A DNA stretch of 64,000 bases, taken from the NCBI GenBank assembly GCA_973895155.1, contig OZ316897.1:22853455-22917454 (forward strand). Reading direction: 5' to 3'. Made by a program: the position numbers and the translations under genes. Every line of letters starts with the position of its first letter. Position 1 is the stretch's first letter. Below the pieces are notes generated by a model that was not told the origin of the DNA, did no database searches, and saw only the letters and a list, made by a program, of their open reading frames with translations. Source of the DNA: Marsupella aquatica. Its lineage: Eukaryota > Plantae > Marchantiophyta. This document shows positions 51,364 through 64,000 of the stretch, piece by piece.

Positions 51364-54300
51364 TGTTAGATTACACAATATGCAAAAATGGTAACATACT
51401 AAATCTTAGTTCCAAAAGTTGGCCAAGCAATGTGTTAGCAATGATAGGCCCCAACAAAGAACACAAATGAATATCTCACCTCCATATTTAAGAAAAGGTA
51501 GGGGGGGATGGGGCAGTCCCTGTTGCATATCAGACCAGGGAGAAACAGGAACAGGGACACCCAAAGCGCAAGGGGTGGCAGCACAAGGCCCTTGCATCCC
51601 AAAAGAAGAGAGGAAATAAAACCCTTAGATAATCACTCTACCTGCTCTGATCACCTCAGTCTTGTAGTGTCACTAGCTTTGAATTTTCAAAAATCATCCT
51701 GACCCCAAACTGGTCAAAATTACTTGCGTGTCCCAAAACTAATTTAATTACCCTTTACTTTGTAAGCGGGTTAACCAGGCTAGGCTAACCCAAGATAATA
51801 TGTAATTGGTCTATCTCCCGGCATAGGCTCGTAATGTGTCCAAGCTAATGCACTCCGACCATGAAAGTGAGGGAGATGACGGGAACCCAAACACCTTAAT
51901 TTTCCCTGTAGACAAAAGTCTACACCTGCCTTCTGGTGACTGTCCTATGGGGAAGCCTGGTCCAGGGGAACTGGGGAAGGTCCAATTAGCTCACTCAGGC
52001 AAATCACAAGTCTCCATGTGTACACAAACCAGTCATGTCCCATCTCCCGTCGCTGGTTAAACTAGTAGTGTCAAGCGAGCCCATGTATGAAGCAGGAGGC
52101 AACCTGATAATCAAATTACTTTTAGGGGCATGAACATTCACCAATTTTTGGTGGTTAGGATTTAGTCCTGGCAAACTTGGATGGCGCTGCAGTAAATTAT
52201 CATGACAGTTCCTCCTGACTGTGGCAATATGTGCTGCTAGTGCAGCAGTTCCATAGGCTTGGAGTAATCTTGAAGTTGACTTTGAGAAAGCTGCAAAATA
52301 GAGCAGTAGACAACAAAGGTGATCGTCTTGTCAAAGTTTTTCAAACCACAACTGCCACCACGAAACAGGGGCCCGCCCCAACCAGGCCAGAGCTCATTTG
52401 CCACGGTGAACATTACACCTACCATGCACACGCTCCCACTAACATTCCATCAAAGGATCCTCGGAACAAAAAACTATTTCTTTGTGATTTCTTTAAGAAT
52501 GTAACTGCTTTTAATTCCAGTATCTGGGTGAGATCTACATTTTGAGCTGTCCATCATCCCTACAGTGAACTCATGAGCTGCCAGTGATACTCAGAAATTT
52601 CCCAAAATAGGATATGCTTTTCGTGTATTCATACTGGATATGTTAAAGTAATTGTGGGTTACCAAAAGTACTTTATACAAGAACTCGTACCGAAACCCCT
52701 GACCCTACACACTTGTTGGTGTTATGTGATGGGGGCCTGAAACTGCCTCCAAAGATTTTCCTCCTCATATGTATTTGGTTACAATAACATACATAAGACC
52801 CTCTGGCCACAAAAGTAGGTAGACTCTTCTTGTTAGGGTCTACCCTCTTGACCCAATATCCGCTGGCGCATCAAAGTTAACACGATAAACATTCAGTGCT
52901 TGCAATAAAATTAATTACATTTCAATGTCAATTTTATGTTTTTAAGATAAGCCTTTATGTGGACCAAAGCCAAGTTCTGCCACCTTCTACACTTGCTATC
53001 ACATATCTAACACTGGTAGTCTCCATTGAGAAAAAGTAGTGAAATAGACTCTAAATAAATAAAATTCACATTGATTCTTCAGGCTGAAACCATGCATGGC
53101 CTGAAGCCCTTGCAATCATATCCTCAAGCTCTGAATTAAAATCACAGCAAGTGCCTAAGATAACTACAGTCTACAAGCAAATGTTGAGCTCCGGCAACAA
53201 CGTGAGAGAAGTCCAGTCATTAGCCTCTGCCCAAAAATTACATTTCTTAATTGCATATACTTTATCTAGTACAACATGTGGCAAGCCAGGCTGCATTCTA
53301 TCACAGACAGAGGGCATATCACAGACAGAGGGCATTACAGTAGTCTTCGGTTCCCCCAAATAATAAACTATTACTAAAAAATTGATGCCCAGTGCCAAAT
53401 TTTGACCTCCCCAAAACTGGTATGCTGGAAAAACATGCAGGCAGTTTTGAGAATCACAGAGTAAATCAAATTCCAGATATGACGGCCTGAATATCTTCAT
53501 ATAGGCAAATTACTGTGAAATTGGCCATGAACACACGTTTTGGCCAGGTATAACCAAAATCTCAGAAAAATAGACTGAGATTAATTTTGTTGAAGGGGAA
53601 TTGTTTTAATCCACTAGTGTGTGAAAGCAAGTAAAACCTTTTTAATAGCAATTGAGAAACCGCTACTGTATGGCTTTGGGCAGTTACCAGTGTATGTGAA
53701 TGCCCTCCCTCTTTGAGAGATCTCCAAAATGAAAACCTGCTTTATTTTGGAGATTGCCCTTCTTTACACTAAGCATAAAGCTTGTTGAGTCCTTTCAATG
53801 GAAATTTTAGCAGTGAGATCTCGAGAAAGAGTAGAAAAAAGGGAATTCCTCCCCTTTGCTACCACACCCAACCCTTGTATGCCAGGCAGGGTAATTCTTA
53901 AAGTTTTCCTTTTCAGCCAAGATGACTATTATGCAGAGGAGAAGATGCTATAATAACTGTTATCAAATTTTCATAGATTTATTTTTTACTGTTAGATCTC
54001 CCTAGATTTAAAGTTAACCATCAGATCCTGGCTAGCAGTTTCTGGTTAGGTGGTAAACTGGCTAGCAAAAGAGAAACTGATGGCCAAAAGTGACCAGTAC
54101 TTTTCAATGAGGTAGAATTTGGCTAATTTGGCCACAAACTAAATGCTGCCCTGCGAGCCACGGAACAAAATACAATGGGAAAAGAAAAGAAGCACAGTAG
54201 AGTGGCCAATCGGGAAGATCCGTGGAACAAGCTGATCTAACTTTGCAAATATTGAGATGGTGGGGCACAGGGACACTGACCGACCGACCGACTGCCCTTC

Positions 54301-55530
54301 TGCCCGCTATACCATGCGGCCGAAGCGGTACTGCCTGCTCTCCGCTCCCACACCGCCCCTCCCTGGGTGTGCTGAAAATGGAATCCCCGTGAACATACAA
54401 ACAGCTTGCCGACACAATCAGCATCGTGGGGGCTTTTCGCCCTCTTTCCTTTTTGTTTGTTTTCCACCGGTCGCCTGTTTTTCCCTTTTGTCTTTTTGTT
54501 TGTTGTCCACCAGTCGCCCATGTTTCCAGGGTTTGTTTACTTTGTCATCCACCGGTCATTCAAGCTCTAATCCGGGAAACCCAGCCCTGGCATGTGAGCA
54601 GTAGAAGTCCCATTATGGTGGGTTTGTAGGAAAAGGAGCTTAAAGTCTTAAGGTTTTTCCCTCCCGGTTGATGGACCCTGCCGCTAATCACACATCAAAA
54701 TGTGATGATATAAGATGTGAACTCATTGATTTAGAAAAAATAACTAAGTTTATCATGGTATAGAGTGATGTCATACACCCCTGCATGCACCACCATATAT
54801 GTCATACTCTGATGTGCAGTTATCGAGACCTGTGGAAGGCGAGGATACTAAGAATACTCCTTATCTAATTTTCCTGTATTAATGTTTTACCATAGATATC
54901 CTTAGATTTAAGGATGGTTATTCCATTCTGGCTAATGGGGCCTGTGGGTTGTTGGGAAAACAGGCTAAGTCATGGAATACATAAAACTAGGGAAATTTTG
55001 CCAAGAGTGACAAAGGCTTTTCAGAGAGGTAGAATCTAGCAAACTTTCACTGCTAAAAATGTCTTTGAGGATAATCCATGGCCATAGTGAACTATTGCTC
55101 ACACCCCAAGTAGATCTTGAGTGCTATTTTGCCTTATTTTCACCAAAACTTTTACACCAAGTTTCATAATCCCCAAGCTACATTGACCATGGGGTGCTTG
55201 AAGTCCCATAACCGGGGAGCCAAGCTGGCCAAGGGGTTACAGCTGATAACCGTGAACAAAGCTAAAAAGAAAAAAAACAGATGAGATGTTTAGGTCCCCA
55301 CTAAAATGAATCCTTTCACGGGAGTCCATCACAAGAGTGAAGCATCCATCCAAAAATTCTATCCAAAATGCTTCCGTCTTAAATTGGCTAATTATCCCAC
55401 ATAGTCCATGTGATGGGCAAGAACAAAGTCTCTGTCCATCCAAGCTTTGGTTTCCCTTTCTAGACCTTGACTATAGCTTTTTGTCTCTTTTTCTGGGTGA
55501 TAGCTTTGTGTGATTCTTTGAGGATGCCCT

Positions 55531-55835
55531 TGTAAGAAACCGTCAGCTCACGGACTAGACAGCAATGCGGAACATGAGAGCACTCAATCTCACACTACAC
55601 CAACAAGACACCACAATCCCTACCACAATGGAGAAACTCCTGAAGGATCCATAACTCATGAGAAGAACATGTGAAGAATGAAGGAGAGAGTGCTCTCCCT
55701 CCAACCTATACCCCCCAAGGGGGCCAAGAAGTGTGGACCTAATCTAAGTGGATCTTATCCTAATGTAATCCAGGGTTAACTAATCCTAGGAACGTCAAAC
55801 TAACTAAGTTGGGAACATCGAGTCAATTCCTAACA
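55531..55835. mobile_element. Solo LTR (305 bp)
   Basis: Termini TGTAAGAA...TTCCTAACA; perfect 5-bp TSD GCCCT on both sides (55526-30, 55836-40); homologous to 41579-41889. Confidence 0.92.
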
Positions 55836-57199
55836 GCCCTTAGTGACCAGAGTAAGAATGCCTGTTGTAGAGTTTGGCCTATGGTGTCTTTGTAGATTAG
55901 AAAAGTAGACTAACTGAAGGGCATCTCCACCTCACTAGCAAACATTTGTGATTATTAGAGTGTTTTTACAAGACATGGCAGCACTTGTGATTTCTTCACC
56001 AAAGCAAGGTGGAGGGCCACTTCTTGTTCTACAGATAGACTCCAGACCAAACATCTTTTAAAATTTAAGTTCAATAAATGCAAATCACTTGAATGAAGGA
56101 GCCAAAGCTTGCAAAATGGTCTGGACCACCCCTAGCAAATACTAGATAAAATAAACACTCTACATCCACATTTTTTGGGGCCCATAGCTTCCCATGTAGA
56201 AAGGTAGACACCGTATCTGAATGGGCCCATAGTTCTTGTAAAGCCAACGACAGTTGGTTCCACTCATTACACGATCCAGATTTAATCTCAGAATCAATCA
56301 AAGGAAACAATGGGCCCCCAGGTCTTGTAAAGCCACCTTTGGTACAATAATTTGTTGTACCTGCTCCTTGAGGGGATACAAGCTACGATTGGCGATAACC
56401 TTAGGGAAGACTTCAGCTGGAGACTGTCTTCAGCAATTTCCAAGTATAGTGCTTTTGATGTGTGAGTTTGTGATCAGATTTACTGCATTGAAGGGTCTGG
56501 AATGCCATTTATGAGACATTGTCTCTCCTCTATGAAGCCATAGGTTTGGAAGATCTAGGGTAGTGCTCTAATTGACTAAGAAATCTACAAAGTAAACCAG
56601 TCACACTAGGATCCTCTTTCTCTACAAATGTCTCACATGATCTATCTATCTACAACTATAATAAGGGATCCTGCATTTTTTCGTCCTTCTTCCCAAATGA
56701 ATACAAAAAAGCTCCTGGGAGGGAAAGATCCACAGCCGTTGGATTCATTTGGCTGTTTTCCCTGATCATTGATGGAGGAAATGAGCACCCCTAGCGCATA
56801 TGTGCTTCCCCATGCTGCCCCATAAATGTCCCAGCCCAACTCCCTATGGGCTGGCCTTCCTTGCACCCTGCAATGCACGGGCATAGGGCTTGTAATCATA
56901 TAATTGCAATCCAAAGCTACTCTTAGGGTCTTTTGTCTAGAATGAAGCCTTTAGATCATGATGTTGGGGCATAAATGAAAGTGGGGGTGTAGAGGTTGGG
57001 GACAAGTCATAAATGAAAGTGGAGAATAAGGAATCTTGTTATTGCAAAGCTCTTTTGTCCTCACCTCTTAGGTTGAAAAGAATGGGTAGTCAGGTTGGTC
57101 TACACTAAAACGGTTTCCCCATTATGTCTAATTGACGTTTACTATATTGTCAGTCGTCTTTGTTGAAATACATACTTTGCCAATCATTTTATTCTACTT

Positions 57200-57545
57200 A
57201 TCACTTTGCAATTGTTTTCCACAAAGTGACTCTAGTTAACCTAAAACAATCTGAAGGTGAACATTCGGCTAGGTTCACCATCAGATGGTCATCCATTGGG
57301 TCTACCTCAATCACATAATGGTTTTCAATCCTCAACATTGGGTCAGGTCTCTTATGCTGCCCCTGCCCAACTCAATCCACCTCCTCCTGGTTGGCTTTAT
57401 AATTACCCACTCCCGCTGGTCAAGCCAGTGGTGGGTGGCCAGGGTGTTCAGGTTAAGTTGAGGGTGATGACAGCCATCTAATGATGAAAACTGGCAGGAT
57501 GTTGTCCGTTGAATCATCCAAACTAAGTAGAGTTACTTTGGCTAA
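57200..57545. repeat. Dispersed repeat, inverted homologue of 62782-63335
   Basis: caccatcagatggtcatccat (57276) is the rc of atggatgaccatctgatggtg (63232); flanking blocks align in inverse order (ccacctcctcctggttggct vs agccaaccaagaggaggtgg). Confidence 0.8.
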
Positions 57546-57741
57546 CCAACCGCAGGAGGGGGGGGGGGGGGGGGGGGCGGGAAGGCAGTGTAATAATTAA
57601 TCAAAAAAGAGTGGGAAAGTATGTAATCTCACAAAAAAGGAGTTTTAATGGAGTAAATCTCACTTCCATCTGACCACACACTAAGTCAGACAAGATAGAG
57701 AAGATTTGGAAAGAATCGCAAGCATGATGATACCTCAAGTT

Positions 57742-57960
57742 GTGAATGAAAATGGCTTTCAAATTATAACGAACTTTGCAAATGAAAATAGCTTTCAATT
57801 CAAAATGGCACTTCATTCAGAAATTTGGAAAGAGTCTTTCAACCCACACAAAACAGGTTTGCATCTCAAAAATAGTCTCAATTTCAGAACATTATGCCCG
57901 GGGCACTATGTTCAAAGTGAACTTTGCGAATGAAAATGGCTTTCAATTCAAAGTGAAGTT
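57742..57960. repeat. Short degenerate repeat (aatgaaaat.gctttcaa)
   Basis: Copies at ~57745, 57781 and 57929, two preceded by gaactttgc. Confidence 0.65.
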
Positions 57961-58252
57961 TTTTGATCAAAGAAATTTGAATAACTGCATTTCTCACACA
58001 CAACATCTTTCACTCCTACCAGTCACGTGTTTTGCAATGAATGTTGTCTTGTAGCTGAGTGAACATTGACCGGAAACTGCTTCAGCCGGTTCCATCTCCT
58101 TGAATGAAAAATTTCTAAGTGTCACTAGGTGCTAGTGAACCCCACTTTTGGGGGAGTATGTGTGTTAAGTATGGGGTGGAATAAAAAAAATACTAATGTC
58201 ACTAGAGACCTCTGGAGCCCACTTTTGGGGGGATGTGTGTTAAGAAGGAAAA

Positions 58253-58332
58253 CAGCGCAGGCGAGATTTGAACCCGCAGCCTCTGACTCTCGCCACACTC
58301 TCACCGTCTACCATCTAGACATGGCCTGCTGG
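58253..58332 (-). pseudogene. tRNA-derived sequence (pseudo-tRNA or SINE head)
   Basis: Minus strand: A-box-like tgtctagatggtag, T-arm gcggg-ttcaaat-ctcgc (B box) and a following T run. Acceptor and anticodon stems do not pair well. Confidence 0.45.
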
Positions 58333-58889
58333 ATGTTAACAGTGGCGTGTTTGACATATTTAAGTTCATTTTGCGTGCAGCTAACCTGCACCGACCAACT
58401 ACCGGCAGTGACCGCCTGCACAAAGGACAACATTCAATTCGATTCCCGTGACTTATAGAAGTAAATACAACATCACTCTAACAGACATTTTTAAATTTTG
58501 AACACAATGTCATTTCTCAAACACAACCCCATGCATGTGTTTGGCACAAAATGGTGGAGCCCTACACTAATTCCCCTTGTGTTTGGTTTTTAATACAAGT
58601 TTAAGTGACTATAACAATTACCTGTTGTGACTCAGTGTGAGTGGTTCTGTACTTCTTTGTTGCTTTAGTTACTTCCTGTACATGCAATAATGGAATCTTG
58701 CTCCTTCTTTTGCTCACACATTTTTCCCCTATATCAAAGCAAATCACTTTGACCAATTCCTCCGGGCTTGTGCGGTCTTTTGTATTGAGCAAAGGCCTTT
58801 GCCCCCTATATCTGTCCTTACTGCCTTCTTTAGACAAAGGGTGTCAGTGGCTCGTGAGAAGGCTCAGGCATTATTTCAATTTCCTTCAT

Positions 58890-58990
58890 AGGGCCAAGGC
58901 AGTTGGTTTGGGGCCTCTAGACAGATTCCACTTCGTGACCCTCCTATGCACTTTACTCCGAAACTCTACCAGACTTTTCAGTTCTCCACA
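58890..58990 (+). repeat. Dispersed repeat, second copy at ~61530-61632
   Basis: gttggttt..gggcctctagaca.att.c.ctt.gt.acc.tcctatg...taccagactttt.agttc is present at both sites; probably retroelement 3' remnants. Confidence 0.7.
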
Positions 58991-61900
58991 CAATAGGGTT
59001 TGTCTTCTTTGCTCATTTGGGGGTTCTAGGTTTTTGTCGTTGTCCCTTAGTGGTGGTGTTGGACTCCTTGCCTTGTTGGACCTCTTGGGTCTTCTTGGGG
59101 CCCTGCCCCTTATGTTTCCTTCCCTTTATTAGGTTCCTTTGCCCTTTGGGACCCTGTCTCCCCTATTTGGCGCTTGTGCTTTTTGGCACTTTGATACATA
59201 CTTTACTAGAAAGGAGTGCATAGAACGAAGAATGGATAATTCTCTGGAGAAATGATTCCTCCAAGCGTATGCAAACCTTTCTTTATTTTGTGGATCTTTG
59301 AAATCTGTGGTTGTGGTTACTTTCAAGCTCACTTTTGTCCTCAATTATTACACACATATGATTGGGATAATGTTATTCCCACTCCTTTCCAAAGATGGAC
59401 TGATTGGCAACATGCATAACATGACTCAATTCATAGTGGGGGGGGGGGGGGGGGGGGGGGGACAGCAAATGGTATGTGACATGCAAAACTGCAAGACGTC
59501 TCTAAGCAACTTTTATGAGGAGTACGGTAGAAAGAGACAACTCCCCCATGTACAACAGGATCCAAGAAAGGGGAGACCAAAAGGGGAGACCATGTGAACT
59601 AACAAAGAGCATGAGGCCTTAAGGGCCAAGGCCCCAACTACCCGACTTGCAAATAAGCTGTGTACTCAGAGGTTAATTTTGGATGCCACGTGATATCTTA
59701 ACCTAACTAAAATACTCGTATTCTGTAAAATATTCTGTAAAATTTTGAATGTTAAATAACCTGTTTAGCTTTATAAAGGTATGAAATAGGAAAGATTCTC
59801 TATTTTGGCATATGACTGTGCACTCGCCATGAGCAGCATAAGCATATAATCAAGTACTCCACTTATGCCGTGCTGGTTGGTATGCTCATGGGTGGTTTCC
59901 CCTGCGACAAATCTTATTTAGGTGGGGCACGCTGACAAAACCAAGCCAAATGGATTTCTTACTAAGTCTTAATCTCAGATAAAAGAACTGGCCAAGACAT
60001 GCTGCAAAGTGCACCTTGTACTAATATGGAAGTGGTAAGAAGGCATTGCTTTCAGATGTACAAATGCCTGAGGTGGGATGGAGCTCGGGCAATCCTTGGC
60101 CAAGAAGGAAACAGGGTCAATTCAAAGGAAGCACGAATTATGGCTTGCTGCCCGAGGACCGAGTGAGGCAGGATAGCATTGCCAGGAAGGCCTGAGCTCA
60201 CTCAAAAGGCTTGATGTATCCTGCTGGCGCTAGTCTTTAGCAGCGAGGTCTGGCGTAGTTCAGAGTCTGGGCGAGAGGGCCATGTTCAAGAGCTAAGACA
60301 CAGAGGCAACACTTATCCTACCAGGCAGGGTTATTTTTTGATGCAACATTTTGCAAATCCCACCCCTTCCTTAATAATTAGCCACTTCTGGCTAAAAATT
60401 GCTGCTATTTCTGTGTCTCATTCACCAGTTTCCCGCCACACTCCCATGTCCATAGCCACAATATGTAGGTCCTCCTTTAATTTAGGGAGACAATGGTTGG
60501 GGACGAATCTAGGAATCGAAGGAGCCCAAATTTGTAAATGTTTGGTGAAAGAAAGTTACAAGTGTCTGACACCTTGTAAAGCCCATGCATTGCAAGGTGA
60601 GGCAAAGTCGTCGAGGAAACACAAAAAAATGCATGTAAACTCATTCCTTATGCACCGCAAAAAAGGTGTAACATAAAAAAGTCATTGTTTGATGGTGTTT
60701 GTCATTGTTATAAAAATGTTGTCATTTTTGTTATTATTGTGAAAGTGTTATTGTTGAGGAGGATGAAGGTGAGAACATGGAGATACAAGATGGGTGATAG
60801 TGGTCATTACATCACGGAGATGTAGCATGATCACCCAAAAAAATGATGTAATTTTACTAGAATTAAAATTATTAATATTTTAAAATACATAAATACATAC
60901 ATATTTGTTTTTAAAAAAAGGGGGGCACAAAAATACAGAATTATTTCACTTTATCTTCTTCTCTATTTGCCCTACCTTCTTCATTTCTTCTCTTCCTCAA
61001 TTTTTGTTCCTTTTTTCCTTTGTCTAGCACTTCCCTTTTTTTTCCTCCATGTCAATTTCTTGCTACCTTCTCCCTGATCTTTGGATAGTGCCTTATCTTT
61101 ATTTATGAGATGAGAGTATAATATAATAACCCACCCTTGTAGAGTTGTAGTCCCCATGGGAAAGTATAGTCCCCATGGGAAAGTAAAAAGGACAATCTAG
61201 TACAATTCATAATTGTACTCTCAAGTACAATTGTCCTTGCTCTCACCTAGGCTATTGCAATGTAATTATGTGTTTATGCATACCTTGACCATGAAATTAA
61301 TAATCAAAATGGTTACAAAAAATCACCCAAATGATCTAATGGTTGTCATTCATTCCCGCCCAAAATGCATTTTGTAACAGGAGGAAGTACTAAAATAAGC
61401 AGGATTCAACATATAGATCCATGTAGATGAGGGGGACTACCCTCCTGCCCAGCTCAGGCCCCGGTCTCCTAAGCTCTCATTCTTTAGACCTATGTTGCAC
61501 TACAGAGGCAATCAGGCATTCACAATTCTGCCAAGGGCAGAGGTTGTTGGTTTTAGGGCCTCTAGACAAATTGCTCTTTGTTACCTTCCTATGTTGTCTT
61601 ATCCTGAGATTTACCAGACTTTTTTAGTTCACTGTTGAGGGGCTTTACCTCCTTAGCCTTAGTGAGGGGGCTCTTAAGTTGGGTTTTGGACTCTTTGGTC
61701 TTGATGAGGTTTTTCCCTTGTTTTCCCTTTTACTGGGTTTCCAGGCTTTAAGGCTCCTGGTTTGTTACTTTTTGTTCTTTCATTGACTGTGTGATGTACA
61801 ATCTGTGTTCAATCAACTTGCTTGAACTCTCTCTCATGTGTGGAGCAAATAGACCAGGTCATGTTTGGGCCACACACACTTTGAGAACTAAGACTAACCA

Positions 61901-62781
61901 GGTATTATTACAAAGCCTATTCCATGAGCTTTTGTATGGTATCAAAATTCACTCACATCTGTTTTGCATGGTATCAAAACTCACTCAACAGGTAATTAAT
62001 ATTTAAAATAAAAATAGTATTATAATATAATCTTTACAAAATAGAATATTTATATTAGGCTAAGATTGCACGCGGTGTACTCCAAAATATACATTAAGTT
62101 AACCCCCCAGTCTTGAATTCATACATTCACTTAAAAAATGGTCACTAGTCATCACACAAGGCAAACAATTATGCCCGAGCTCATGTGGGACATGGAAAAG
62201 AGGATGGGGTGAATATCCAGTCTTATTCAACCTACCCTTCCCAAAAAGGGAAGGACAAAGAATGCACCCATGCTTTGATTGTACAAGATGCCTCACTCTT
62301 CTTGATAAAAGCGCACATGAGGACAGCACAATCTCAACATTTGAGGTGTTGGAGAGTAAAATCACATTTGAGATGGAGAGATAAGTACTACAGTCGTATT
62401 TCCTGTACAGTAGCTTGGAGGCTTGGACCTCATTTTTTTTCTTTCTGTTTTAACTGCACGATTAACAAGAAGCAGGTGAGTCCTTGCGAGAACATGAAAT
62501 GGGGCCCTTCATTGTGCCGTTCTCCCATACTTAATATATCTAAAATCCTGGCAATACCTAAGAAATTTGTTTTCTGGCCAGCCAGCAACAAAGAATGAAC
62601 AAACAAACAAACAAACAAACAAGGTTGTTCCCACACATATTCTACATGGCCCTAAAGTTCACCTCTTGAATGGGCTCCAAAATCTGAGCCCTACTAAGCT
62701 GCCACTCTGTTTTGTTGAATCACACAGTTTACCACTCCTTTAGTTTGATTACACAGATGCCACCATTTTACACCACTGATT

Positions 62782-63335
62782 AAGCAAGTAACTTTGGTTA
62801 GTTTGGACTGGTCCAATGGTCAAGATCCTCCTAGTTTCCATCATCGGACAACTGTCATCATCCACAACTCAGACTCAGCACCCTCTCCCACCCTTGACCA
62901 GGGGGACAGGAGAGTGGGAGAGCCAACCAAGAGGAGGTGGAGCGAGTCGGGATGGGAGCAAAGTAAGAGACCACTAGAAGAATGCCCCCCCTTTATGCCT
63001 GCTTTTATGACTAGGCCTAGATTAGAGCCGTGTGTGAGGACCAGTCATTGTCATGTTTTTTGACTTAGTAGTCATTAAATTGACTAGACAAATGTCACGA
63101 CATGCAAAACATTGAGTCTCAATTAGTCAAGTTAAGGACTAGTATATAGCTTAGGGTAAGAAAGTAAGTTAGGGGTGCAATGATCGACCCAACCCAATGT
63201 CGGGGTGCTCCTGTTAGGGTAGCTCTAGGACATGGATGACCATCTGATGGTGAGAGTTGGTAGGATGTTTATTGTTGGATTGTTTCATGAAACTAGAGGT
63301 ACTTTGCTTAACAAACAGTTGAAACAGATGACAAC
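62782..63335. repeat. Dispersed repeat, inverted homologue of 57200-57545, with a ~215 bp insertion
   Basis: See 57200-57545; extra sequence ~62974-63189 separates taagagacc from caacccaatgt, which are adjacent in the other copy. Confidence 0.75.
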
Positions 63336-63399
63336 TTAATAATTAGAACTGAAGAGAGTAGCAATGCAACAGATGCATTTCACAAAGCAGACTGGCAAT

Positions 63400-64000
63400 G
63401 TAGTAAATCTCAGCTTCAAACTTGATCTCATATGCAATCATCCAGTCTCAAGCTCAATTCAGTCAAACCATCCTGGAATGGGTTCTACTCCAGACCGTCA
63501 ACAGGCGCTTGTGATAGTTGTTGGAATAGAAAATTTAATGAACAAATGTCAACAAAGACAAAAAACCCTATGAATTCAGCCATGCAGATATTCCTTATTG
63601 AAGGTACTACCAACTTATTTATCTGAAATAACTTGAACAAAGTCAGAACAAATGCTTGTTGCAATATTCCTTCACATGTTCAATTCTTAACATTTCCCAC
63701 ATGAAGACAAATTCCTCCCATTTCGATATAGATTGGATTGGCGTTACTTTGTACTTTCAAGACTTTATGCACATCAAACCCCTTCACGAATATCGATTTG
63801 AGTGGTACATCATTACTTCCTACAAGCCTATAAACTATTATTCATGAGTACTAGCCTACATGACTTACCCTCTATTCATACAGGTTCTGAACAATTGTTT
63901 TGCCACCGTGCTCACCCATAAAAATGCTTGCATTTCTTTTAATTTTCTTGCACACCTTTTGGCACGTGGCAAAAGAACATCGAATAAAATGCATAGCAAT
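63400..64000 (-). mobile_element. Possible second degraded MULE transposase fragment running off the window
   Basis: Frameshifted minus-strand pieces RCSF/CHVPKGVQEN, EEFVFMWEML and PTTITSAC*R resemble MULE C.FH, EEF...W and T.N..E motifs in the right order. Confidence 0.3.

Noticed and set aside
41579-55835. A single 14-kb LTR retrotransposon between the two LTR copies
   Set aside because: Each LTR has its own TSD; no gag/pol, PBS or PPT recognised; the interior holds CACTA and Helitron insertions.
57556-59461. Poly-G runs (~57558-57577, ~59438-59461)
   Set aside because: Simple homopolymers, error-prone in assembly, with no supporting context.
60338-60676. ORF containing TPCKAHAL, resembling the hAT transposase TPCAAH motif
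   Set aside because: Single short motif with no other hAT blocks or termini; may be chance.

Overview
Eukaryotic land-plant nuclear DNA; a non-seed plant is suggested, not proven, by CpG-rich gene bodies beside CpG-depleted intergenic DNA. Three intact spliced genes were reconstructed by hand with in-frame junctions: a plastid shikimate kinase (minus, 8-3951, 10 exons, 340 aa), a UDP-N-acetylglucosamine pyrophosphorylase (plus, 23289-29265, 15 exons, 496 aa, one GC-AG intron), and a MUCI70-like DUF616 glycosyltransferase (minus, 33732-37693, 9 exons, 529 aa). The rest is largely decayed transposon DNA: a bounded CACTA element (TIRs, AAT TSD), a bounded non-autonomous Helitron, two solo LTRs of one family, a degraded Mutator transposase, a nested foldback inverted repeat and many tandem arrays. 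The most unusual signals are an RNase H1-type hybrid-binding-domain ORF converging on the Mutator transposase, a palindrome-bearing higher-order repeat array just upstream of UAP, and the nested hairpin at 7.2-7.8 kb. Most short ORFs in the track are spurious. Family assignments come from remembered motifs; no database searches were run.
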